44,487 nucleotides of DNA from an uncultured archaeon (GCA_964342815.1 CAYFHS010000036.1:1-44487), one strand, 5' to 3'. Positions 28,398-38,371 are shown, counted from the stretch's first letter. The notes: a model not told the origin generated them from the letters alone. A program made the numbers and translations.

Positions 28398-28825
28398 TCA
28401 TCTTGCCCAATGTAAGAAGTTTCCGCCTTTATCCTTGAAACCGGTTACCCCCGCTGCCCCTGTAATAAGAGTGATTGCCTGTACCATCACCCCATAGGTG
28501 GCCTCATCCGGTTCTCCATGACCTTTACGGAGATATCACCTCTTGCCGGTATCTTATCGGGATAAAATTCCTTCAAAGCCTTCCTACAGCACAAGTACGC
28601 CCCTGCCGTTGTGGGGCAGGCATGCCCGGTTAACTTCACCACATCTCTAAATCCGTATGCCAAAATTCCCACACTTTTTGAGAATGCGCCGAGTATTTCT
28701 CCAAGGGGTTCCCTCATTATTACTGGCTGAACTTCCGCAATGATATCATGGAAGCTATCAGGAAATACGGTTTCATCCTCTTGGAATGAATCCGAAGGTG
28801 GATTTCGTGATTTTCTGTTTTGCAT
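28398..28825 (-). pseudogene. Frameshifted, truncated copy of the FmdE-like gene
   Basis: Near-identical to the 5-prime half of 31711..32418; one G missing at 28520/28521; homology stops at about 28433. Confidence 0.85.
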
Positions 28826-29369
28826 AATTCAATTCCTCTTTTGATTCAATCACTATGTGTTGAGTAAAGTATCTAGACCGGCTGCTATTTTGTAATCAAA
28901 TGATCCATCAAACCCATTCTTCCTGAAGTATCTCTCCTTTGATGCCCACGACTTTAACTTTTATCGGTATCTTACGGTTTGCCTTTTTTGCGGCACTAGT
29001 CGCCAGGTTCAGGAGACCACGGCAGCAGGGAACCTGCATTATCATCACGGTAAGTGAATTGATCTTTGCGTCGTCTATCATAGAGACCAGCTTGTTAAGG
29101 TACATTTCCTGCCCGGAATCCAGCTTGGGGCAGGCTATAGCGAGGCCCTTGCCCTTGAGATGATCCTTGTGGAAATCCCCTAACGCGTAGGCCGTACAGT
29201 CGGCGGCCAAAAGCACATCCTTGCCCTGGTAATAGGGCGCAGTGGGTGGCACCAGATGAAGCTGGGTGGGCCACTGCCGAAGTTGGGACGGCCTCGTTGG
29301 GCCATTGTCGTCGTTTTCCTCTTTTTCGTTGTCTTTTCTTAGTTCCATCATTTTAGAACCCGGGCATCC
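28433..29369. repeat. Copy A of a ~0.94-kb direct duplication
   Basis: Aligns with 32025..32956; 28599..29075 is identical to 32192..32668 (477 bp, compared by eye). Confidence 0.92.
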
Positions 29370-29384
29370 ATTGAATCCTTTCAT
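28908..29384 (-). CDS. C-terminal-domain-only paralog of the 4Fe-4S protein at 32501..33355
   Basis: GCPGS...SQLRQWPTQLHL...ACPKLD...PCCRGL; ATGA overlap with the hemerythrin stop; lacks the ferredoxin domain. Confidence 0.7.
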   Translation of the reverse strand: MKGFNGCPGSKMMELRKDNEKEENDDNGPTRPSQLRQWPTQLHLVPPTAPYYQGKDVLLAADCTAYALGDFHKDHLKGKGLAIACPKLDSGQEMYLNKLVSMIDDAKINSLTVMIMQVPCCRGLLNLATSAAKKANRKIPIKVKVVGIKGEILQEEWV

Positions 29385-30175
29385 ACTTTCACCACATTTT
29401 CTTTTAATTCTGTTACAAATCTATCGATAAGTTTTTCGTATTTTTTATGTAAATCTTGATGTTTCATATCCACCTTTCCGAACTTGGCGAAGAGAGTGCC
29501 TATCTGGCCTATGGTCAATTGGCGGTCCATCCATGGATAGAGAATCTCGTCCTCCTTCTTTATGTGCTCCGTGAGAAGCTCGGCATAGGCACGGAGATGC
29601 TCCTTGACGGCGGCATTATTCCTCTCCTCCAAGCCCTTAAGTAGAGCTCTCACATGGGAACGGGCCTTTTTATGGTCCTCATGCATGGCCTTGATGACAT
29701 CCTGTTCCTCGTCAAAATATTTGAATAGAATGTCCTCTTCCTTGGCATGGTGGTATCTGTCAGCGTATTGTTGTATAAATTCCACTCCCGAAAGCACCAG
29801 TGTCCGATCATTTTCTATCTGAACGTCCACCTTTTTTATTATCACGGGGATCAAGGCCACCCATCTCTTAATCAATCGATGCTCATCCACCAGCTTTTTC
29901 AGAGGTGGAGAATATTTTATCTCTTTGTTTCTGCGAATCTTTTTCTTTGGGCGGGGTATCTCCATTTTCCTGTCAGGATAGATGATCCCAGCGATCCTTC
30001 CCATCAATTCCTGTTCGTCCTCGGGAGATAGGTCGTGTATCTCCACGATGTCCTTCAACAGACATGTACCCACGCTGCAAGGGGCACAACCTATTCCGTA
30101 TCCATCGAGGATTTCACCTATTTTCGGAAACTCTTTGATGATCTCTTTTATACCTCTATTCAGATATTCTTCCAT
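29381..30175 (-). CDS. Hemerythrin (HHE) domain protein with N-terminal Cys-containing DUF1858/ScdA-like domain
   Basis: IGCAPC motif; DEH, HHAKEE, EDH, HIKKED ligands; GAGGTGA RBS. Confidence 0.87.
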   Translation of the reverse strand: MEEYLNRGIKEIIKEFPKIGEILDGYGIGCAPCSVGTCLLKDIVEIHDLSPEDEQELMGRIAGIIYPDRKMEIPRPKKKIRRNKEIKYSPPLKKLVDEHRLIKRWVALIPVIIKKVDVQIENDRTLVLSGVEFIQQYADRYHHAKEEDILFKYFDEEQDVIKAMHEDHKKARSHVRALLKGLEERNNAAVKEHLRAYAELLTEHIKKEDEILYPWMDRQLTIGQIGTLFAKFGKVDMKHQDLHKKYEKLIDRFVTELKENVVKV

Positions 30176-30215
30176 CGATATCACCTCGCTCGATGTTTCC
30201 CCAGAAGGGAACTAT

Positions 30216-30443
30216 TTAGGCACTGACCACTTCTTTTACGCCTGGCACTAGCTGTTTCATCATTCTTTCCACACCTGCTTTAAGCGTCATCCGGCTCATG
30301 GGACAACCGGAGCATGCACCGGTCAGTCTCACCTTCACAAAGCCCTCGGATGTGACGTCCACGAGCTCGATATCCCCTCCGTCCGCTTGCAGTCTAGGTC
30401 TGATAATATCCAATGCCTTATTCACTTCTTTTTTCATGTTCAT
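30216..30443 (-). CDS. NifU/NfuA C-terminal domain protein
   Basis: IRPRLQADGGDIELV...GACSGCPMS. Confidence 0.93.
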   Translation of the reverse strand: MNMKKEVNKALDIIRPRLQADGGDIELVDVTSEGFVKVRLTGACSGCPMSRMTLKAGVERMMKQLVPGVKEVVSA

Positions 30444-30515
30444 TGCTTTCGACCTCCATTTGTTTTAAATTATTCATCAACCTTACAAGTTATTGAAGGG
30501 ACGTGATCGCCTTTC

Positions 30516-30710
30516 TCACCCTTCTATTTTGATTGCATCCACGGGACATATATCTTCTGCCTCGCGGTTCTCATCGATTTCATCCTCTCCGATCTCTATC
30601 TTTAATGGTTTGGCAATATCACCCTCTAATGTCCAATTATTGCATATCGCTTCACATGCACCGCAGCCGATGCATGCCTCTTCATCGAAGATTACCCGAT
30701 ATTTTTTCAT
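30516..30710 (-). CDS. Single-cluster ferredoxin
   Basis: CIGCGAC plus distal CPVDAI; starts immediately after the upstream stop. Confidence 0.9.
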   Translation of the reverse strand: MKKYRVIFDEEACIGCGACEAICNNWTLEGDIAKPLKIEIGEDEIDENREAEDICPVDAIKIEG

Positions 30711-31706
30711 CTATTCGGCCTCCTTCCGGTCATTTGGCGTAAAGCAGCAATAACCGATTTTGTCACATTTACTCTTGACCTCTTTCCATTCCTCTCCGGA
30801 AAGCACCTCCAATGCGATCTGGTAGAGGATGTTGTCTTCCTTGAAGATGTGACGTTCCAGTTCTTTTGTCAGGTAACTACCCAACTCGATTATTTTCACC
30901 CGAAATTCGTCGAAATCATGATCCTCGGGATTGTGGGCATATTGATAGAGTTCTTTTTTTCTTTTTCGCATCTCCACGTGGTCCATCCTCATTATGTTTG
31001 ATGGTTCTGTGATGTCATGTCTCTCAATTACAGTAAAAAGACAATCCTCTTCCCTCTCATGATGGGACTCCGCCTCTACCAGATGATGCGAGATATCCTT
31101 TAACCTGGGGAGATCATCTTCCATATCGGCGAAGCTGGCCACTTCTTTGATCCTGTCTACCACTCCGTCCAGCCCGTCCAGGCTCTTAAGGATCACCTTA
31201 TGTTCCTCCATCAACGTATTGATAGGATGCGGCGGAGGGACCTCCCTCTTGATCGATACCAGCGAATCCCTGATCATGTCAAGGTGAATGTCGCACAAAC
31301 TTTCTCGAATCTCCTCATGCGATACTCCCTCCTTTATCAATCCCTGCTCGATAATGGCCAGGGTTTTGGCGTCCACCAACTCTAAGAGGGACTTTGCTTC
31401 ATTTTGTGTCTCGTGGGTCATTTCACCGTCCTTGAGCTCGCGTAGTAGCTTTTTGGACTGCGCCTTCTTGTCGTCCCCATTGTTGACCCTTTTGACATCC
31501 AGGATCCATTCTCCATCCCCTCTTTTTTCCTTCAACAGCTCAAAGTCGCCCTTGGCGGTCAGCATGTGAACCAAGGGAACGGGATCGAACTCGAGTATGA
31601 TCCGCAGTTCATCACCAACTTTGAGACTATCCAGTCCCGGAAATATCAGGTTCTCGCGATGGTGGTGTTCCATCTCTCTCACATCGATTATATTCGTTTG
31701 TTCCAT
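30711..31706 (-). CDS. DUF2249/DUF438-hemerythrin fusion protein
   Basis: IIDVRE...DPVPL (DUF2249-like), IEQGLIKEG...LCDIHL (DUF438-like), HPINTLMEEH, HHEREE, HIFKEDNILY, IGYCC. Confidence 0.85.
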   Translation of the reverse strand: MEQTNIIDVREMEHHHRENLIFPGLDSLKVGDELRIILEFDPVPLVHMLTAKGDFELLKEKRGDGEWILDVKRVNNGDDKKAQSKKLLRELKDGEMTHETQNEAKSLLELVDAKTLAIIEQGLIKEGVSHEEIRESLCDIHLDMIRDSLVSIKREVPPPHPINTLMEEHKVILKSLDGLDGVVDRIKEVASFADMEDDLPRLKDISHHLVEAESHHEREEDCLFTVIERHDITEPSNIMRMDHVEMRKRKKELYQYAHNPEDHDFDEFRVKIIELGSYLTKELERHIFKEDNILYQIALEVLSGEEWKEVKSKCDKIGYCCFTPNDRKEAE

Positions 31707-31710
31707 TCGT

Positions 31711-32418
31711 TCACCTTCTTTTTTCTATCACAAGCCATTTTTTAATATCTTTTTCTTCGATGAGCATGGCTGCTATCTTTTCCCTCCACAGCTCTTGGAA
31801 TTCTTTTTTCTCTCCCTCCTTCGCGGCCTCCCAGATGATCTTTTCCAGAAGCTCCCGTAGCCTTCTGGCCTTATGGGGGGAAAAAGGGATCCTTTCGGGA
31901 TGAAATTTCACCAGTACCGCAGAACCATTGTCCCTTCGCTGGAATTCGAAGCTCATTCCATCTTGCATATTGCTATCAATAATGAATTGGAGCAGATCCT
32001 TCCGTCGGTATTCATGCCCCAGCCCCTTGAAACCGGTTATCCCCGCTGCCCCCGTAATAAGGGTAATTACCTGTGCCATCACTCCATAGGTGGCCTCATC
32101 CGGTTCTCCATGGACCTTTACGGAGATCTCACCTCTTGCAGGTATCTCATCGGGATATAATTCCTCCAAAGCCTTCTTACAGCACAAGTATGCCCCTGCC
32201 GTTGTGGGGCAGGCATGCCCGGTTAACTTCACCACATCTCTAAATCCGTATGCCAAAATTCCCACACTTTTTGAGAATGCGCCGAGTATTTCTCCAAGGG
32301 GTTCCCTCATTATTACTGGCTGAACTTCCGCAATGATATCATGGAAGCTATCAGGAAATACGGTTTCATCCTCTTGGAATGAATCCGAAGGTGGATTTCG
32401 TGATTTTCTGTTTTGCAT
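31711..32418 (-). CDS. FmdE-like hypothetical protein
   Basis: VVKLTGHACPT.AGAY motif resembling the FmdE HGHxCP signature. Confidence 0.75.
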   Translation of the reverse strand: MQNRKSRNPPSDSFQEDETVFPDSFHDIIAEVQPVIMREPLGEILGAFSKSVGILAYGFRDVVKLTGHACPTTAGAYLCCKKALEELYPDEIPARGEISVKVHGEPDEATYGVMAQVITLITGAAGITGFKGLGHEYRRKDLLQFIIDSNMQDGMSFEFQRRDNGSAVLVKFHPERIPFSPHKARRLRELLEKIIWEAAKEGEKKEFQELWREKIAAMLIEEKDIKKWLVIEKRR

Positions 32419-32956
32419 AATTCAATTCCTCTTTTGATTCAATCACTATGTGTTGAGTAAAGTATCTAGACCGGCTGCTATTTTGTAATCAAATGATCCA
32501 TCAAACCCATTCTTCCTGAAGTATCTCTCCTTTGATGCCCACGACTTTAACTTTTATCGGTATCTTACGGTTTGCCTTTTTTGCGGCACTAGTCGCCAGG
32601 TTCAGGAGACCACGGCAGCAGGGAACCTGCATTATCATCACGGTAAGTGAATTGATCTTTGCGTCGTCGATCATGGAGACCAGCTTCTCCATGTACATTT
32701 CCTGCCCGGAATCCAGTTTGGGGCAGGCTATGGCGAGGCCTTTGCCTTTAAGATGGTCCTTGTGGAAATCCCCAAGCGCGTAGGCAGTGCAGTCGGCGGC
32801 CAGCAGCACATCCTTGCCCTGGTAATAGGGCGCAGTGGGAGGCACCAGATGAAGCTGGGTGGGCCACTGCCGAAGCTGGGATGGTCTCGCTGAACCGGAA
32901 TCGTCTTGTTCCGCTTTTTCATCCGGAAATGACATCATCTTTGCCCCGGGGCATCC
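32025..32956. repeat. Copy B of the ~0.94-kb direct duplication
   Basis: See copy A; offset 3592-3593 bp. Confidence 0.92.
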
Positions 32957-33355
32957 GCCGGCTCCCATGGGTTTTTTGGCTGGTTCCGCGAGAGGATTTT
33001 TTATACCTCTTTCTCTGAGGTAGCCAAGGGCTTGATTAAGATATTCGTTTGCACCGTGTTCCCTGAGATGTGCGAGATGGGCCTTTATGGTATTATGACC
33101 CTTTGGCACGATGTTCTCCCGCATCACCCTTCGCTCGTCGTAGGGTTCGGCTTCCCTCTCCTCGATGGAGATGGCGCCTTCCGGGCAGTGTCCCAGGCAG
33201 GCTCCCAGGCCGTCACAGAACAGATCGCTGATGAGCCTAGCTTTCCCGTCTATTATCTGAAGAGCGCCTTCGAAACAGTTGGGCACGCATTCTTCACAGC
33301 CAGTACATTTTTCCTCGTCGATTTTGACAACTTTTCGTTTGACCATTTGCATCAC
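32501..33355 (-). CDS. 4Fe-4S dicluster protein of the type found beside hcp
   Basis: CTGCEECVPNC, CDGLGACLGHCP, GGCPG, WPTQL, ACPKLD, PCC. Confidence 0.9.
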   Translation of the reverse strand: MMQMVKRKVVKIDEEKCTGCEECVPNCFEGALQIIDGKARLISDLFCDGLGACLGHCPEGAISIEEREAEPYDERRVMRENIVPKGHNTIKAHLAHLREHGANEYLNQALGYLRERGIKNPLAEPAKKPMGAGGCPGAKMMSFPDEKAEQDDSGSARPSQLRQWPTQLHLVPPTAPYYQGKDVLLAADCTAYALGDFHKDHLKGKGLAIACPKLDSGQEMYMEKLVSMIDDAKINSLTVMIMQVPCCRGLLNLATSAAKKANRKIPIKVKVVGIKGEILQEEWV

Positions 33356-33428
33356 CTTGTATCTTTTTTCTACTTAATAGTAAATAGATACCAAAGTATA
33401 TATATATAGTGGTTACTAATAGTATACC

Positions 33429-33788
33429 ATGGACGAAGATTGTACCGTTTACCGAACCGTGGACCTGATCTCAAAGAAGTGGACCCTGTTGATCATACTG
33501 GAACTGTTCCGGGGAGAAAAGGAGAAGAAGAGATATTCTGAGATAAAAAGGAGCATACCGCGTATCACTCCGAAGATACTTTCCGAAAGGCTGAAGGAGC
33601 TGGCGGAGGAGAACGTCATCAGAAAAGAGATCGATTACAGCGAGATACCTATAAAGACCTTCTATTCTCTTACGGAGAGCGGCAAGGATCTCGTGCAGGT
33701 CGTCCAGAGTGTAAAGAAATGGGGCCTCAAGTGGAAGTTTAAAAACGAAGTGTGCAATGGAACGTACTGCGAAAACTGTGAGTTTTGA
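33429..33788 (+). CDS. HxlR-family winged-helix regulator with N- and C-terminal cysteines
   Basis: CTV...ISKKWTLLII...ITPKILSERLKEL...YSLTESG; C-terminal CNGTYCENC; divergent from the Fe-S cluster genes. Confidence 0.92.
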   Translation: MDEDCTVYRTVDLISKKWTLLIILELFRGEKEKKRYSEIKRSIPRITPKILSERLKELAEENVIRKEIDYSEIPIKTFYSLTESGKDLVQVVQSVKKWGLKWKFKNEVCNGTYCENCEF

Positions 33789-33832
33789 TCGATTGACTCG
33801 ATTTCCCGTATTTACTCAGGGATACAAAACAC

Positions 33833-36800
33833 TCATTTCCTAGGTATCAACCAAGACAGCCGCCAGCCAATCCCGAGAACGGCAAATACCGCAACCACGA
33901 TCAGTCCGATTATGCCGAATTCCGAGACCTGAGAATCCTTATCTTTTTCCTCCTTCCCGGCCACTTCGTTGATGATAATTGTCCCCTTCAAAGTCGCCTC
34001 GTTCCCCTCGATGTCTTTTACCTTTACAGTCACCGTACATGTTCCGGGATATACTTCAAGAAGATCGATATCGAAAAGATAATTTTCACCCACCTTCTTT
34101 GCCTGCAGCTCACGGACGAAGCCCGGTCCCTTCAACATTAGCGATACCTCTTTGATGATGGACAAGTCCGTTGCGGAAACCGTCAATTCGAGACGGTCAT
34201 CAACCGAATACTGTTTTCCATCGATATCCTCTTTTATCTCGATCTCCGGCGCCGTGGTATCCCGAATGTCTATCCCCAGTATCTCCGTGCTTGTCCTCTC
34301 CTCCAGGTCCGTTGCCCTGAGAGCGAACTGGAAAAAACCCGTGGTTAGCACAGACACATCCGGACGATATATGAACAGGCTGCTGAGAGGATTGTAATAA
34401 TCCGTTCCGTCATTCCACGTTTCGCCGTCATTGAGGGAAAATTCCACATCCCCCGGCTCCGTATCCCACCGTATCTCCGCCTTTATGAGAATTTCCTCAC
34501 CATACTCGATCACTGAATGGTCGGCGGGTTCGAGAAATACTATTACTGGCGGTCCTTTTTCGATGATGACCGGCTCTTGAAGTACGAAATATCTTTTGTC
34601 CGTTACGGTATTTCCCGACGTGTCTGCGGCTTCTATCTCCAGCAGATGCTTCCCGTCATCCATACCGGTGGTATCCAGCTCATATCGATATTCGGCCCCG
34701 TTCAAGGAATTCAGTATGTCAATCCCCTCGCCGTCAACCAAAAGATATAATTCTCCAATTCCAACGTTGTCCCGCACGGTTCCGTTAACCAGAAGAATTT
34801 CACCCGTGGTCAACTCCCTGTAATTCTCCGGATTTATAATATTCAATTGAGGCAGCTCAGTGTCAGGCTTCTTTTTCAGGCTGAACTGCAATCCATCGGT
34901 TCCGGACAGCTTTGCCGTATCCAATGCCCTCACCGATAGATTGTATCCTCCTACAGCATACCCCGAGGTGTTAAGCTCGAAATCGAAATTGCCGTCTGAA
35001 AAAGTGTGAAGAATGTCGAATGTGTCAAAAATGCCCATGCCGTCCACCTTCAATTCCAGTTTTTCGATCTCGTCCGTTTCCACCACACCCTTCACCCCGA
35101 TCAGTGCTCCCAGATAGAAAGAGCTGCCGTCGGAAGGCCTGGAAATGTCTACCTTCGGGGGTACGAAGGACGATATAATAACGGTGACTGAGTCCACCAC
35201 CTCATGGCCGAGCTCATTCCTCGCCATTATTGACAGAACAACCTCACCTTCCTCCAGGATTCCCGCTGAAATTACGTAGGAAAATTTGCCTCCGTGAAGA
35301 TATGGTTTAAGATCAATGGTTCGTGCGCCGAAGCTGAGGTTCAGAATAGTGATATTACCTCTGTCAAGCGCAGTACCGCCTATGGTAATATCATCGTCAA
35401 GGGTGAACACCCCGCCATCCGCCGGACTGGTGATGGATAGGAAAGGTCGGTCCTCCACTAATCGCGCGAGTATCATTTTCACCCGTACTATTTTGTATGT
35501 CTCAAGCTGATCGCACCCGCTCAGCATGAAAAATAACTTTTGTCCGCCATTGCTGAATATTTCCCCGGTATACGATTTTTCGTCAGAAGCGGCACGGTAG
35601 CACTCGGCTCGGAGGTTCGCCATTTTCCGTCCCATTTCTCTTTCCGGCAGGATGGCGAAATCCATGTGAAGCCCACCTTCGACGAGATGTGTGTGGACAG
35701 AGCCCGTGTTCGCATTTGGCGGTCTTTGATATGCGGATACAACCTCCATCTCATAAGAAATACGCCATGTTCCACCGGAGGGTGCTTCAACCTCGCGAAA
35801 AACGGGTCTCGGCCGGGGTTTTCTTCCCTCGAGGGTGATGTTGAACTCGTAACTCTTTCCACTGCCGATATAGGTCTTTGTCACTGCTCCGTTACCGAGT
35901 TTTGATATAACCTTCATGGATATGTTATTGTTGCACAGGGTGAACCTCGCTATTCCATGGGAATCGGTGTAGTTCCATATGCTGGGAAAGGGCGCCGTCA
36001 CGGGCGTATCGCCGGAGTGCTCTATAAGCCAATGACTTCCTATCACCACTCGGGCGCCGTCTACCGGTTCACCATCCCGATCCATGACTTTTACAGTAAC
36101 GTCAGACAAGAACTCCTGGGGAACGTAATCCGTAGTCACATCCTCGACCATGTCATTGCCGTGCCATTTGTATAATCCGGAACCCCCTCTTCCCCCCCAT
36201 CCGTACCAGTAGTTACCTTGATTATCTATCACGCTTCCGCTGTCGCTCCAGTAGTTGTCCCACTGATGCCAGCCCCTCTCCCAGAACTCGATCCATACGT
36301 GATCTTCCCCAAGCATGATTATGCCGGATGCCGGTATCAGAGCGGTGCGTGCGGCGGCAATGGTTAGGTCCTGAAGCTCGCCGCAGTTCCCGTTGTGGCT
36401 GCTTGCAATGCGCACGGGCTGTATTGGTCTTTCGTCGTCACTAACTTCCTGCTGGTTCAGAATAAGGGTCTTGCCGACCCAGTTCGAAACCCTAATAACG
36501 GCATTATCACCATAATCCGCCCGTCTCCCCCCTGGGGCCATGTGTGTGGTGCAGTTGAAAAGAACGTTTACCCCACTCAGCAGATCTCTTAAGAGAGGGG
36601 GATAAATGTTCGTGGGATATTTATCCGAGTCGTCGGCAGGGTCCGGGTCCTTGGGATAAGCCGAATCATTGTGATTGAAAAGGTATTCCCTCCAGAATCT
36701 GCCCTTTCCCCTGGGATACGGCAAGGCAGTCCCTCCGGTTTCGGGATCGATATACGCCGGATTCTCTTCGGTAACCTTTGGATGAACTATGAATTTGTAA

Positions 36801-38299
36801 TATATATCCCGGGGCAGCGTGATCTCCATGGGAGTTCCGTTGTCCAGTACCCGGTAGCGGGTGGTGGTATAGTAATCGCCGGACCCGAAATCTCCCACCT
36901 CCAGCAGATCAACGTAGGCAAGAAGGGGGGCGGTCCGGTAAATGTACTCGGCATTCTCAAGGAACATTTTCGGTATTACTTCATTCAATAAAAGCACGTT
37001 GTCACTGGTGTACGCGATTGAAGCTGCGATCTCGTCCACAAGATTTTCCGAGCAGGAAAGTAAAAGCTCCGCAAGATCTGAAATTCCTTTCCCGTCCACT
37101 ACTTTCAAAAGCTCATTTGGGGGATAGTACGACATTCCGGGCCATACTTCGTAACTGGAGGATATGCGGTAGTCCGGGGAGACCGAAGTACCCGTGTTAT
37201 CATAGAAAAAAATCCTGCGCAGGGAAGAGGTGAGGACCAGGTCATAAAGCTCGTCCGTTTCCAGGACTGCAATGGAGGGATCCAGGTTGTCCTCCGCATT
37301 TATTCCGGCAAACAGCGTAAGATCGTTGATGGTGAACAACGGATTGGTGGAAGTGCCCAAATTTGGCAGATGATGAAGTGTTCCGGATGCGGAGCCCACG
37401 ACGATGTCCCAATCGCCGTCTGCATCGAGATCTCCTCCGCCGGGACGTGCGGAATCACCAACGTCGATCCCTGCAAATACCAGAGGATTCCGGTTGAACT
37501 CGCCAATATTTCCTGTGGCCCGATTCTCCCAGTAATCGAGAGTTCCCTCCACCCTGCCGTGTACCAGGTCCGCATAACCGTCATTGTTCAGGTCCACCAG
37601 ATAGGGCGATAGACTGTTTCTTATGTTACCGATGGAAACAAAATCAAATACGGGAGTGAATCTCGTCCCGATGTTTTCAAAATAATAAATTTCACCCCAC
37701 CTTACAACCGCCAGATCCAGGTCCCCGTCCCCGTCCATGTCCCCCAGGGAAGGTTGGGTGAAATACCCCCCGTCAAAATTCCCCGCAGTATCGAACAGCA
37801 TTCGGTCCCACGAAAAGAGCGAGACATGTCGCGTCCCGTGATTTTTGTAGAGGTTTATACCTGTAAAGTTTGTACCCAGCATATCGTTATCACCGTCGCC
37901 GTCCAGGTCGCCGAAGGCGATTTCGATCTCCTCGAGATTGAATGATTGTATGCCGGTATAGGCGAGTTTTCTCGATAGATTATTACGAATCCACACCGGT
38001 CCCCTCATAACCGCTTCCTGAGCTCGAGGGCTCAATGCCGCCATGTAGTCCAGCTCGTCGGTAACGCTCAAGCTACCGGTGTCATTGTCGAATCGGATAA
38101 AGGTCTGGCTTCCCTTCTCCACCACGAGGTCGGTTTCCAATCGATCGACTTCCATCCATGTACTGTTATCCCCTGATCGGGAAATTGCTACGGGAGGATA
38201 CGTACTTTTTCCAATGGCGAAAGAAGTCTGCATGAAGACCGAAATTGTGATTATGATGGTAAACCAAAATTTCCATTTACATTCTGAAGAAAATACCAT
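33833..38299 (-). CDS. Large membrane-anchored surface protein: FG-GAP repeats, transglutaminase-like core, Ig-like repeats
   Basis: Signal-like N-terminus; repeats GDLDGDGDND, GDMDGDGDLD, VDLNNDGYAD, GDLDADGDWD; triad-like GNCGE / DHVW.E / WD; repeated ITSP.DG/ISRPSDG/INPEN Ig-like units; C-terminal TM. Confidence 0.87.
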   Translation of the reverse strand: MVFSSECKWKFWFTIIITISVFMQTSFAIGKSTYPPVAISRSGDNSTWMEVDRLETDLVVEKGSQTFIRFDNDTGSLSVTDELDYMAALSPRAQEAVMRGPVWIRNNLSRKLAYTGIQSFNLEEIEIAFGDLDGDGDNDMLGTNFTGINLYKNHGTRHVSLFSWDRMLFDTAGNFDGGYFTQPSLGDMDGDGDLDLAVVRWGEIYYFENIGTRFTPVFDFVSIGNIRNSLSPYLVDLNNDGYADLVHGRVEGTLDYWENRATGNIGEFNRNPLVFAGIDVGDSARPGGGDLDADGDWDIVVGSASGTLHHLPNLGTSTNPLFTINDLTLFAGINAEDNLDPSIAVLETDELYDLVLTSSLRRIFFYDNTGTSVSPDYRISSSYEVWPGMSYYPPNELLKVVDGKGISDLAELLLSCSENLVDEIAASIAYTSDNVLLLNEVIPKMFLENAEYIYRTAPLLAYVDLLEVGDFGSGDYYTTTRYRVLDNGTPMEITLPRDIYYKFIVHPKVTEENPAYIDPETGGTALPYPRGKGRFWREYLFNHNDSAYPKDPDPADDSDKYPTNIYPPLLRDLLSGVNVLFNCTTHMAPGGRRADYGDNAVIRVSNWVGKTLILNQQEVSDDERPIQPVRIASSHNGNCGELQDLTIAAARTALIPASGIIMLGEDHVWIEFWERGWHQWDNYWSDSGSVIDNQGNYWYGWGGRGGSGLYKWHGNDMVEDVTTDYVPQEFLSDVTVKVMDRDGEPVDGARVVIGSHWLIEHSGDTPVTAPFPSIWNYTDSHGIARFTLCNNNISMKVISKLGNGAVTKTYIGSGKSYEFNITLEGRKPRPRPVFREVEAPSGGTWRISYEMEVVSAYQRPPNANTGSVHTHLVEGGLHMDFAILPEREMGRKMANLRAECYRAASDEKSYTGEIFSNGGQKLFFMLSGCDQLETYKIVRVKMILARLVEDRPFLSITSPADGGVFTLDDDITIGGTALDRGNITILNLSFGARTIDLKPYLHGGKFSYVISAGILEEGEVVLSIMARNELGHEVVDSVTVIISSFVPPKVDISRPSDGSSFYLGALIGVKGVVETDEIEKLELKVDGMGIFDTFDILHTFSDGNFDFELNTSGYAVGGYNLSVRALDTAKLSGTDGLQFSLKKKPDTELPQLNIINPENYRELTTGEILLVNGTVRDNVGIGELYLLVDGEGIDILNSLNGAEYRYELDTTGMDDGKHLLEIEAADTSGNTVTDKRYFVLQEPVIIEKGPPVIVFLEPADHSVIEYGEEILIKAEIRWDTEPGDVEFSLNDGETWNDGTDYYNPLSSLFIYRPDVSVLTTGFFQFALRATDLEERTSTEILGIDIRDTTAPEIEIKEDIDGKQYSVDDRLELTVSATDLSIIKEVSLMLKGPGFVRELQAKKVGENYLFDIDLLEVYPGTCTVTVKVKDIEGNEATLKGTIIINEVAGKEEKDKDSQVSEFGIIGLIVVAVFAVLGIGWRLSWLIPRK

Positions 38300-38371
38300 T
38301 GGGCATCGTGGCATTAATTATTTCTATATACCTAATAATCTTTTGGTCGCAAATTGATTACCATATAATAT

